Shown one piece after another: positions 27,874 to 39,300 of a DNA stretch of 64,000 nucleotides. Below the pieces are notes generated by a model. It searched no databases. It saw only the letters and a program-made list of their open reading frames with translations, and was not told where the DNA came from. A program made the translations under genes and the position numbers. The first letter of the stretch is position 1; each line of letters opens with the position of its first letter. Source of the stretch: Tricharina praecox (Eukaryota); contig NW_026250410.1 in assembly GCF_024521635.1 (NCBI RefSeq), positions 930,001 through 994,000 on the forward strand. Reading direction: 5' to 3'.

Positions 27874-28104
27874 TGTGTAGTGTGTCGTGTGTGGGTCGCG
27901 GTGGTGGTAACTACTTCTTCGTAGTGGAATTCGTTCGTCGGTGAGAAAGTTCAGATCTTTCTTTGGCGTTGTGTCACCTCTAGTTAACCCTGCAGCCCAT
28001 GTACGGTAGTTACCGCACGCTCCAAGTGTTAGATAACTCAATTCTCACCCCACATCCGTGACGCCCCCCACCCCGCCAAACGATCTTTACAGCAACCGGA
28101 AACA

Positions 28105-29877
28105 ATGATGCGGCCTTCGTTGTTGATACGCCAGCTGCGGATACGGCCAGCGTGCTCGCCGAGACTGTTCTCGGTCAATCGCTATTCCACCGCCACCTCC
28201 ACTGCGGCGGCGGCACAGACACCTCCGACAGTACCGGCAGGGGAGAAGCCGTACTACATCACCACGCCGATATTCTACGTTAACGCGGGTTGGTATTCCC
28301 GTGTCTCTGTAGGGTTGGGGATTGCGGACTGATGCATTGATTACATTACAGCCCCCCATGTCGGCCACCTCTACACCATGGTCCTCACCGACGTCCTGAA
28401 GCGCTGGCAGCAGCTCCACGGCCGCCCCGCCAAGATGTGCACCGGCACGGACGAGCACGGCATGAAGATCCAGCAGGCGGCGGCAGCCGCCGACATGGAC
28501 CCACGGACATTCTGCAACACGGGCGCGAACAGCTTCAAGTCGCTGGCGAACCTTTCCCAGTGCTCGTGGGACACGTTCATCAGGACGACGGATAAGGAGC
28601 ATCACGATGCGGTCCAGTATTTTTGGCAGATGCTGCTGCAGAGGGACTATATCTATGCCGGGAAGCATGAGGGGTGGTATAGTGTCGGCGATGAGACGTT
28701 TTATACGGAGGGCGGGGTGGAGCATACCCTGGATCCGGCGACGGGAAGGAAGATCGTCCTTTCTAAGGAGACCGGAAGGGTCGTCGAGTGGACCAGCGAG
28801 ACGAATTACCACTTCCGACTGTCAGCGATGAAGGAGAAGTTGTTGGAGTTTTACAAGGCGAATCCAGAGTTTGTTGTGCCGGCCGCAAGGTATGCGGATG
28901 TCGTTGCGGCGGTGGAGGCTGGACTCGATGATCTGTCTGTGTCCAGACCAAGGGACAGACTTACGTGGGGTATTCCCGTACCGAACGATGACACCCAGAC
29001 GATCTATGTCTGGCTGGACGCATTGGTGAACTACATCACGGCATCGGGATACCCATGGACCCCCGGCCAGGAGCGGAGTGGTGGGTGGCCGGCGGATCTC
29101 CACGTCGTGGGCAAGGACATCGTGAAGTTTCACGCAATATACTGGCCGGCGTTTCTTCTTGCGCTCGACATTCCGCCGCCAAAGCAGGTGCTCACGCACG
29201 CGCACTGGACGATGAACCGTAAGAAGATGTCCAAATCCGACGGCAATGTTGTGAACCCGTTCTACGCCATCCAGCGCTACGGCGTAGACTCGATGCGTTT
29301 TTACATGGCACGCGATGGCGGGATCCACGACGACGGCGATTATTCAAACGAGCATATCGTTGAGCGCTACCGTCACGAACTCCAATTTGGCCTGGGCAAC
29401 CTGACCAACCGAGTCTGCGGCGTCAACTTCGACCTGGACCTCGCGCGCGCCGAGGCATTCACCGACGTGTGGACGCTCTCCACACGCGACCAGCTGATGA
29501 AAGCGCTCCCCACCACCACCGCGATCGATGTCGCCGAGCAAATGGCTGCGCTCGACGTCCCCACCGCAGTAAAAACCATCATGTCGATCATCCACGAAAC
29601 GAACAAGTACATCCAGCACTCTGCGCCGTGGTCGCTCCGCAAACCGGAGCAGAAGTCTGAGCAGAACATGGTCATCTTCCTGAGTGCCGAGTGCGTGCGC
29701 GTGGCTGGCATCATGCTCCAGCCCTTCATGCCCGACAAGGCAAAGGCCGTGCTCGATCAGCTTAACGTCGCCCCCGAGAAGAGGTCCTTCGACTTCGCCG
29801 CTTACGGAAAAGACGACTCCTACGGCGTCGGCACGAAGGGGAAGAAGGGGTTGATTTTTCCGCCGCTGAGCGAGTAG
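28105..29877 (+). CDS. MSM1: Mitochondrial methionyl-tRNA synthetase (short form; see finding for the extended form ending at 30309)
   Basis: Presequence, YYITTPIFYVNA-APHVGH (HIGH motif), GTDEHGMKI, IYVWLDAL, GKDIVKFH, KMSKS. Confidence 0.93.
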
Positions 29878-29951
29878 GTCCGTCCCCTACCCCCACCTTC
29901 CCCTCCCCCACGACACCGCAGCACTAACCACCAATTTCGTGTACTCTCCAG

Positions 29952-30309
29952 CTGGCAGCTGATCCTCCGCCGCACGGAGAAGGACCCGAACTTCCGCTTC
30001 GTCGAGTGGAAGGCGCTGAGCAACGTGCAGCAGCGGGTGCTCAAGTTCGGCGGGACGATACGCGACGAGCAGGGGAAAGATCTGGACGAGGAGACGTTGA
30101 AGGTGCCGCCGCTGCTGCGGAAGGTGCAGACGGTGCCCAAGATGTGGGCCAAGAAGCTCGAGAAGACGAGGAAGTGGAAGGAGAATATGGAGAGAGTGAG
30201 GTCGCGGAGGGAGGGCCAGGAGAGGCAGCGTGAGAAGTGGGAGAGGATGGAGAGGGAGGGGAAGATGCTGCAGGAGAGGGAGAAGGATGAGAACAAGAGC
30301 AAAGAGTAG
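29952..30309 (+). CDS. Additional in-frame 3' exon of MSM1 encoding a Lys/Glu/Arg-rich tail
   Basis: Intron 29874-29951 (GTAGGT...CACTAAC...CTCCAG) joins in frame to WQLILRRTEKDPNFRF...ENKSKE*. The exon has strong G/C-ending codon use like the neighbouring genes. Confidence 0.7.
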
Positions 30310-31063
30310 GGCGAGGGTGTATGATTACTGGGTTGATTTTGGATTGGTTGGACGGACGGGTTGGGAATGTATCATAGCGGCGTAATTGCAACTCTTCTTC
30401 TTCCTCCTCCTCCTCATCCTCCTCCTTCCCACCTGATAGCAAACGAGCAAGAGATTTGTTTGTTATGTGTGTATGAGAATATGTACTCTCCACCAATCCC
30501 CTCCCATCTCCATCATCCCCCAATTCCAATCCACCACCTCCCATCCACCACCTCCCATCCACCACCCTCCCCTCCCGTCTATCACAATCCGCCAACCCGC
30601 CAAAGAAAGGCCGAATGTGTATGTACCAGAAAACCAAGCCAAAAAAAAAAAGAAAAGCGGAGATCATATCGTAACTGTCATCAACTGGCCCACACTGGCC
30701 CACACACTGTCTATACCTTCTAAGCTAGGTGAGTAGGTAGAAGGTGTAGTAAAATAAGTGGGTTATTCCACCCCCTTCCTTCCTTCCTTTCCCCCCTCAC
30801 CCTTCACCCTTCACCGACCAATGCAAACCGACCAACCAACAAAGACAAAAAACTCCAAAAAGAAATAAAAGAATAAGCACGCAAACGCTTCCCTTTAAAC
30901 AGTAAAGTAAAGAAAACCCCCATCGGAGAAAAGAAAAAGAAAAGTAGAAATAGAAATAGAATAGAACAATGCCGAAATACCATGCCTCCAAACAGGAAGG
31001 AAGGAAGGAAGGAAGGAAGGAAGGGAAAAGGCCACACCGCGCCACACCGCTTGCTTTCACCAA

Positions 31064-32735
31064 TCAGAACTCGTGCTTAGCACCACCCTGGACACCCAGC
31101 AGTCCAAGTCCCAGCACGCCCGCATTGCTCCAAGCACCCACGCGCCATCCGCGGTAGAGCCCCTCGATGCCCCACTTCCCGCGCTCCTCCTCCTTCATGA
31201 GGACCCACGCGGTGCCGACGACGCCGGCGTAGCGGCCCACGGGCACGATTGTTCGTTCCGGTTTTGCCTCGGCGATTTGGGCGCGGCGGAGGACCGTCTC
31301 GAGGGGAAGGCGGACCGAGAGCTCGACGCTGTTGGCGAAGAAGGTCAGGATGTTGTAGGAGGCGGGGGTGAGAAGCGGGTCCAGGTTGAGTTTCGCTTTG
31401 AGAAAGTACGGGGTGCCGAGATTGATTAGTGATGGCAGGATGGCATGGAGGGTCGTCGGGAGGATTAGGCTGGTGGGGATGAAGTAGCTCGGCAGTGCGC
31501 GAAGCGATGGGAGGAGATTTCGCGGTTTTGAGGAGCGGGGAGTAAGGATTAGTCTGAAAGAAATTGTTAGATCAGATGCCCGCTTCTCAATTTTGGGGTG
31601 AGGGAGAATCCTACTTTGTGCGGATCAGATCCAGCGGGGCAAGCAGCAGTGCAGTGAGTGCTGATGCGGCAATTGCAACTCCGAGCGACGCCAGTGGGTG
31701 CGTAGAATCGGCAATCTCGGTGACACCCGGGTCCGGCAGCGATAAGACTGCCGATAATAACGATGTGGACCACGCCTCCATTGTCGACACCAGGAAAGAG
31801 TGGATGAATGTAGCATTCGTGCCTGTCGCGTGTGAGTTTAATTCCTCTATGGCATCACAGAGGGGCCAGCGGAAATACCTTTCCAGACACCCCAAGCGCC
31901 CTCCTTAGCCCATAGAGCTTTGAGAGCATCGTTGACGGCACTGCTGCTGCACTTCCGGATCTGATAGTCCGGTCTTGGGGCAGTCTCCTTCTCCTCGATC
32001 ACGTAGCCGGCTCTATCCGTCGTCTTCTTCGGGCCGGTAGCCAGCACCTTCGACGGCCCGACTTTTGGCGAATCATCGGCGGAATCGGTCGAGGCAAAGT
32101 ACTTTGGCTCGTCGTCTGAATCCTCCGCTTCCTTGAGAAATTTCATCCAATCAGTCTCCCGGGAACACGCAGGCCCATGATCAATCGATCGATTGATCAC
32201 ACACACACACACATGCACACACCTCTTCTTCGAACGTAGTCCACGGATTATCACTTTCCTCCCCCTCGGCACTCTTCTCCTCGTCCGCATCCGACTCGTG
32301 GCCCTCCTCCTCCGCAGTCGCCGACGCCCCACGCGGATGATGATGCTGATGCTTCCCCTTGCCCTCCTTCTTGGGCACGTACTGGCACTGCAGGACTGTT
32401 TTTGCCACCTCGAACGGCTGGCTGATCAGGATGCTGGTGTACTTCAGCACGGCCTGCTCGAGGAAGTTTCGCATGGCCTCGCCGGTCGACGACGGGCTGT
32501 CGAGGTAGTCGGCCGAGTAATCCTGGAAGTCCTGGAGGATCGTGAAGCTACTTGGCGCCCCGCCATTCTTTGGCAGCAGGGAGGAGGATGATACGGGGAT
32601 GGCCGACGAGGAGGACGTGGGAACGGCGGCTTCGAACGGGCTCGGCGTCGTCGGTACGTAGTACGGTCTTAGCGGATTCGGACTGTGGGCGTAGTGGTGG
32701 TGGTGATGGTTCTGGTGGTTGTTGAAGGAGGCCAT
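31064..32735 (-). CDS. UGO1: Mitochondrial fusion protein Ugo1 (degenerate carrier fold); multi-exon
   Basis: PNPLRPYY, KYTSILISQPFEVAKTVLQ, EGAWGVWKG-TNATFIHS, LLAPLDLIRTK, PLETVLRR, GLYRGWRVG. Confidence 0.9.
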
Positions 32736-33069
32736 GATTGCTAGCTGTCTGTCGTACCGTAGTCGTTCGTGGGCCGTAGTCGAGGGCGTATGTAGGGGTG
32801 GGGGTGGAATATCCTTTCAACTCGCTCACAAGCGGGAAGGAGAAAAAAAAAAGTGGGAAATAATTGCCCTTCTAAGGCTTATGTCGTGTGTGGTGTGTGT
32901 GCTGTGTACACCCCCCGCCATGGGGGGCCAGGAGTTCCGTTCCGGGTAACTACTATAACAAAGCTTATCTTCACATGTCTGTCACTCGTGAACAACTCAC
33001 ACCCCCCTCTCCCAGTTCCGCAACCCAATCCAATCCAATCCAATCCAATCCACGCACCCAGCCCATCTA

Positions 33070-33565
33070 TTAAAGTAACGGCCCACCTCCCCCAGCAAAT
33101 GACAGCGAGGCAGCAGCAGCGAAAGACCCCGCAACTAAACTTCGTCGAGCCAAGTTCGAGTGACGTGGAGTGTTTTTCAGCACCGGTAACTACGCCTTTG
33201 AGGCCTCTCCACGTTGCGTCGCCGCGCGCCCCCCGCCCAGGCCCCCGCTCAACCACTATTCATCCGCCTCATGCCGCTCGTCAGCAGATTAGAATTGGAA
33301 TCGACACTGCTGCTGAAGCTGCTCCCCGACCCCGCAGTGATGGGTTCACTCTACCGTAGAGATAGTATAGTACCTATCGACTCGATCCCGCGGTCTCGCG
33401 GTCTCAGGAGATATAAACCCATTGGCCAACCCATTGGCTATAGTAGCCGCTAAACCACCTTTTATCCTCGAAGCTTCAAGAAAAGGATCGAGATGCCCAA
33501 TTATTATCACTATAGAGCCGAAATCACGAGCTCCCACGGCAATAAATCCGGGTGAAGGAAGTATA
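33070..33565 (-). ncRNA. Candidate structured non-coding RNA (unidentified)
   Basis: At least six helices with G-U pairs that favour the minus strand. TATA-like TTATGTAAAG lies just upstream, and no credible CDS is present. Boundaries are approximate. Confidence 0.35.
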
Positions 33566-34094
33566 GGAAGACGTCCAATGGCATGACTTCAGTTTCCGTC
33601 TTTACATAAGCCAATGATTCGCCACCAACCGCGTGCACCAACCCGTTGAAGATCCCCCATTCGCTTATCTCGGCGCGCCGGGTGGTGGTGGTGGTGCTAA
33701 TTGCTCACGGCACGGCGGGAACGAGCGAGCGAGAGAAAAGAAAAGAAAGCAATTGGAACCCAAATCACACGTCAGGCGATTGGGATGAACTCCCCTCCCA
33801 GTGTATGTGATGTATGTGATGTATGCTCGTAGGGATTTTTGTGCCAAATTCCGGAGACCTCCATTTCTATTAAAAAGCTTGCAAAAACCAAAAAACCAAG
33901 AAAAACCACAACAACTCTACCATCAACATCAACTGAGTGTGCTGCCGTTAACTAAACCGATTCGCTGAAACGAGCAAAATAAAATAAAAATAAAAAAACG
34001 ATAAAAAACGATAAAATCCAGACACAAGAAACAGCAGAGCAACTTTTCATCGAGGCGATTATCCAGTAGGAAAAGATGGTAAAGTGCTTCCCAC

Positions 34095-35672
34095 CTAGAA
34101 ACCCCTGCAGGCTTTTGCTCCGCCGCGCCAGTCATCGCGCTCGTAGTACCTAAAAACGAGATCGTAACCGTCAAGCTCGTGCACAATCTTGTCGATCTTC
34201 TTGTAGCCCTTGATCTTGTCCATGCGGTGCGCACGGCGGGCCGCGGTCATGTCATGGAATGCCTCCCTGCCGGGGCGGCTCTCAAGGGCCACAGGCTTAG
34301 CCTCGAAGAGGGTGACTGAGAAGCGTCCGGGACGGAAGATCTCGACCACGTGCTCCAAGATCTCGGCGGTCTCCCGTCCAGACTGGCGACCCGGAACGTT
34401 GGTCTCGAACGAGGCGTATGAGCAGTGAGGCTCGGGGGTGACGTGCACGGTGAAGTAGTGTGTGGTCGTGACGTTCGGGTCGGGGGACGGAATGACACCG
34501 TTGGCTGAGAACCCGCACGGGGAGAAGATGTACGAGTCGACGCACGCATCGGGGTACTTGGACCGAGGGTATGCGTCGTTGAGTCCGCATGCCTCCGAGA
34601 CTATGGCGCCCAGGGCGTGGCCCTCACTCCTGAGGTTCTCGGGCAAGTCGGCGACCCCGCTGTCGATCGACTTTCCGCAGTCGTCATCAGACTCGTCGGC
34701 TGAATTGTCACCGTTCTCCTTGCGGTACTGGCCTGCTGCGATAGTACTCGCGTCTTCGAGATAGAACTGCCTGGCCTTGACTGGGTCCAGGTCCGTCATC
34801 AACACCTCCAACGTCTCGTCGAAGATTCCGTTTCCACTGCCTCCGTCCCGACCTCCGCCAATGTTCTTAAAGATGGCGGCTTCGTCTTCTCCGGGGAAGT
34901 GCAGAATCTTAGTCTCGGTTTGGTGGAGCGCAAACTCCATATCCTCCATCTCACTCTGAGGAGTGAGCGGGGGAGACAGCTCGGAGCCGGGAGTGGTCAT
35001 GTACAGGTACCAGTGCTCGCCGTTGGTCCTGCCGAGCATGTAGGCGCTACCGTTGCCAAACCATCTGTCCAGGAAGTCGACCTCGTCCTTCCAGCTCTGG
35101 TGGGGGTGCATCTGCTTCTGGGGGAACATGAACGACTTGCGCGAGTAAAACACCCTGTACGGAGTGGCTGCAGCCTCTCCGGCATCGGTGAATCCGGCCT
35201 CCTGGGCAGCAATGCGGAGTAGCTCCGGGAGTCCGCTGAGAAGGGTCGTGGTTCCACAAGTCTTCAGGATGAGCTTGTGGGGGAAGACGAACATGCTACT
35301 CTCGCTGAGCAGGTACGCGTCGACGTGCTCGTTACGCACGACCGAGAGAACCTTGCATCGGACAATGTCCAGCATGGCCTTCCACGTGTCTTCCGAGACC
35401 GATTTGAGACCGTCCGGCTGGGCAGACATCGGGAGGAGTTCGGGAGACGGCGTGAACCAGACTTCAAGCAACTTCTCGGGCCCTTGAGGAAACCGTTAGT
35501 ACATACAATCCACCTCACAAGTGCGGGGGCCACCACGGCCCCATTGGTAGTGGAACATACCTTCGAAGGCATTGGTAGAATCCAAATCGATCGTAGCCTC
35601 GTGATTGATCGAGTAGGTGGTGAGAGGCAGGGAAACCTCCGGCATGGCCGATACGTCAACAGTAGCCACCAT
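34095..35672 (-). CDS. SPE2: S-adenosylmethionine decarboxylase proenzyme; 2 exons
   Basis: AFE-GPEKLLEVWF, DAYLLSE/SSMFV (autocleavage site), ILKTCGTT, FSPCGFSANG, TVHVTPE. Confidence 0.96.
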
Positions 35673-35994
35673 TTTGCTGAAAATCAAGTTTTCAAGGCGA
35701 TCTTGCGGGGAAACCTGCTTCGAGATGCTGAATCTATCCAATTACCGGAACCGAGAAGAATCGGAAACGCAGAGGATGAGGATTAAGAGGAGAAGGAGGA
35801 GGACGGTTTTGAGTGGTTTTTGTTGATTTATGGATGGGCGGAAACGATTCGCCGCCCCGTCGTCAAGATACCGATACCTCTTCGTAAGTATCGGTCAAGC
35901 AGACGAGGTGTGCTTGATGGGGAACGCGTGGATGGGGTTTCGTAGGTTCAACGAAGTTTGAATTGATCTTGTAGGTTGGTTATCGGGAGTCGTG

Positions 35995-36219
35995 TTATCT
36001 GGGCCTGTGGAGATGGGTAAAAAAGACCATGGTCAGTCCATTGTCTTTAGAAAGAAGCCCCGCAATGGTGGAATTGAACTATGTCACTTCTCCCAGCTAC
36101 CGCCACACCACCACCGCCACACGGCCTTTGCCGGGGGCATCACGTCACAAACACAGAACGGAGGAGAAAACCTACTTCTTGCGGAGGCTGAGGAATCGAA
36201 GCAGTTGCCTTCGGCTCAT
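35995..36219 (-). CDS. Upstream ORF of SPE2: MSRRQLLRFLSLRKKPR* (17 aa), split by a 171-nt intron
   Basis: ATG at 36219; intron 36005-36175 (GTAGGT...ACTGAC...CCACAG); TAA at 35995-35997. It is the only AUG in the predicted spliced leader. Confidence 0.7.
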
Positions 36220-36246
36220 AAGAATTGAAAAACTTTGGAAATAAAG

Positions 36247-36359
36247 AGGTTTGTTTGGCTTTCCAAGCCTAGAGAACGGTGCCTGGATAGTTCGCCAGAA
36301 CTAATGTCTAGACGAACAAACCTGACAGCCGTCGACGGGGTGTTTGTTTAGGACGTCGA
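36247..36359 (-). promoter_or_regulatory. Candidate cis-regulatory RNA structure upstream of the SPE2 uORF
   Basis: AGGUUUGUU/AACAAACCU closing helix with internal hairpins, plus an alternative pairing partner upstream. Confidence 0.45.
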
Positions 36360-39300
36360 GCCGTGGGTCCGACAGCTTTGCAACTTTGGGGTGGGCGGTG
36401 CGGGGCGGGGCGGGGGAGGATGAGTTGAATGCTGACTAGAATTAAGGTTGTTGTTGTAGTGGTAGGTGCGAAGCCAAAGCGCAGTATTGATTTGGTACGG
36501 GAAGTTGCGTGAGGATTTTTTTTGTCTGAGGGGAATTTATCGATGAGGGTGGAGATGGCGATGGAGAAGACAAAGGATGGGGGGATGGTTCGGTTTTTTT
36601 TTTTCTTCGGGGAGTTGGTGGGAAGGAGGGAAGCGTAGTAGTCGGGGAGAGCGGTGAGGAGCGGAGCGGGATTTATGGCACGTAAGTAACAAGTAGGTTC
36701 TGTGGGACAAGGACGAGGAGGGGAAGTCTAGAAAAAAAATCTGGGAGGCGAAGTGGGGTTGGTTGGGCGGTGGGTTGATCTCTTTTTTTTTTCCCTTCTT
36801 TTTTCTTCTTTTCTTCTTCTTCTTTCCTTTTCTTATGGTGATGCCCGATGGTGGACGGTGGACGGTGGTCGATGGCCCTTTTCTCTGCTCTTGTAAGTCA
36901 ATCCTGTCAAAGGCCTTTTTCCCTGTCGTGTCTTGTTCCTTCTTTCTGTTTTCTGTCTCTCCGAAAAAACGTCTGTGGGCCACTCATCGGGACGAGTAGA
37001 GTGCGATGTATGTATGGATGTGGTAGCTGGTACTCGCGCCACCACCCTGCTTGCTGGGAGAGACAAAGGGAATCCCTGCTGTCGTATTCCTATTCTATGT
37101 AACAACATCACTTGCAGCGCAGTGGACGCCTGCTTCCTGGCATGTATTCCTCCTAGCCCCATGTCACCGTCACCGCCCTTTTGCCTGTGCGGCTCGCCGA
37201 GGTGAAGATGATGATGTCGAGAGAAGGAGGAGGGAAGCCCCCTCAATGCCGCAAGCGAATCTTCCCACACAAGTCACAACTTGGCTTGGCCACAGTTCCA
37301 CGCTAGTTGGTCCCCCCGTTGCGACGACGACGTGTTGGTGGTGCCGCTCGAACGACCGTGCCCCCCGCCCCCCGGCCATAGTGTGGTCGTCGGGACGAGG
37401 GTAATACTTGTTCAACCCGCCTACCGTCCGTGCCCCGAGTTGGTCTCACGATCGGCTCTTAGCCTCTGGATCACGACAAGCGCGCGATCAACGACCGAAG
37501 CGTGCCGCCGAGTGCTCGGCCCACCGGCCCACCGGCACGACCGTCTTGGCCCCGCTCACCAGCCATGTCCTCGGTAAAAAGCTCTCCTCTCTCTCCCACC
37601 GAAGCAGATTCGACAGCTGTGCTTCTCCGTGCAACTGCGAAGCGAGCTGCCCTGAAAAGAAAAGGTCGAATCACTGCGCCTCACTCGCCCGCCCCCCTGT
37701 CCCACGGGGATATCGTGACGACACGGCGGAAAATTGCACTTTTTAGGAGGGCGGCCACGGGGGAGGCTGCACTACGCTACGGGAGCGGAGGAATTTTTTT
37801 TTGGGCTCCATCTGGGAGCGCGACTGCAGGCGCGGCTGGATGGGTACTCATGTATGTACTGGTACCTTGCCGTACCTGTGTGCAGTAAATACGGCTAATG
37901 CTGGGCGCCTGGAAGGCGCTGCGAGCCTGCGGTACTATGTTTAACTACTCTAAGGGCCAGATATCGCGTTTTAGCCTTTCGCACAACAGCCTCTCTCTCG
38001 ACCCCGGAGTACAAAGGTACACAGGTACACAGGTACATGCTTCAACTCCTGCGCAGTGTGGAGATGAAACTTGGGGAAAGCCCGGGGATGGCACGAGAGA
38101 TGAGTAATGAAGCACACTGCTGCAGATGGCCGGTGGCATCACGCTTGGGCAATGGGGAGGGGGGACTTGGAAGTTGAAAGTTGAACTCTCCTCTAATAGG
38201 TACATACAATGCACATGGCCACGGCCCATGGGTCAATGGATTGGCTATGGGGTACGGTACGGCTGGCCGCAGTTCTCCAGAGTCCAGATAGACACGTACT
38301 CTATATGTACATCACGTACACTACCCAGGTGTGTGCACTGTACAATGCATGCGGTTCAGGACTGTACCCGTCATAGGTGCCTAGGTATGATACTTGAGTG
38401 TCCATGTGGGAAGTAGGTATGTGTGTATGTACATAGCACAACCACACAAAATCCGCAGGGACGTACGTACGGATACTTGTATGTACAGTACATAAGCAAG
38501 TTCCTACCGCACCCACACCCACACCCACGCCCATCCAGTACCGGCACGGGAAAGCAAAGAAAAGAAAAGAAAAGAAAAGCGCGGCCATCATACGGATGGA
38601 GGGGATCTCCAGCGAAAAAGAATTTTCCCCCATCCATCGAACCGATGCGATGGGCGAGCGAACGAACGAGCGAAAGAACTTAGAGGAGGGAACAAACGAA
38701 TTGATACTCTACATACGCATGCGGTTTCCGCATTTTAACCTCTAATCTCCAACGTCCAACCTTTAACCTTTTACCTCCAACCTCCAACCTTCACCTCCGA
38801 CCTCTGCAGCGCAACGCAATGCAGAACCCGCGGCGGCTGGCTGGCAGCTCATTGCATCGGTATGTAATTACAGAGTACTTAAAAGTTAACCTACCATCTC
38901 GCGATAGAAAAAACCTAAATAAAAATAGAAAAAAACAAGAAAAAGGGCAGCGGCTTCTTACCGTCAATTCTACTACATATACCGTACTTCAACGCATGTG
39001 GACTTCCGATGGGCGATGGGGTATGAGAGCACTGGAGCAGCGCTAGCATTCAGCATCCAGCCTTCAAAATCCAGCCTCCAAAATCCAGCCTCCAATCCAA
39101 TTGCGGCCAGTCAATCGGTCAGTCGGCCAGTCGGTCAATCAGTCGGTCGGTCAATCGGCAGGAAAGCAAAGTAACGAAAAGAAAAGAAAGAAAAGAAAGA
39201 AAAGAAAGAGAATAGCACGGTGTCGACCGTATGATACCGGTATGTAACCCTGCTAGGTATATCCCAATCCCCATCCCCATCCCACCCCCCGCTTGCGCAA

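Noticed and set aside
33119..33355. Plus-strand RNase MRP (GAAAGACCCC ... ATGGGTTCACTCT)
   Set aside because: P4 pairing is poor, and the G-U pattern of the helices favours the opposite strand.
35836..35917. HDV-like ribozyme (CCUCG loop and GGCGAAU present)
   Set aside because: P1, P1.1 and P2 pairings could not be built in the required order.
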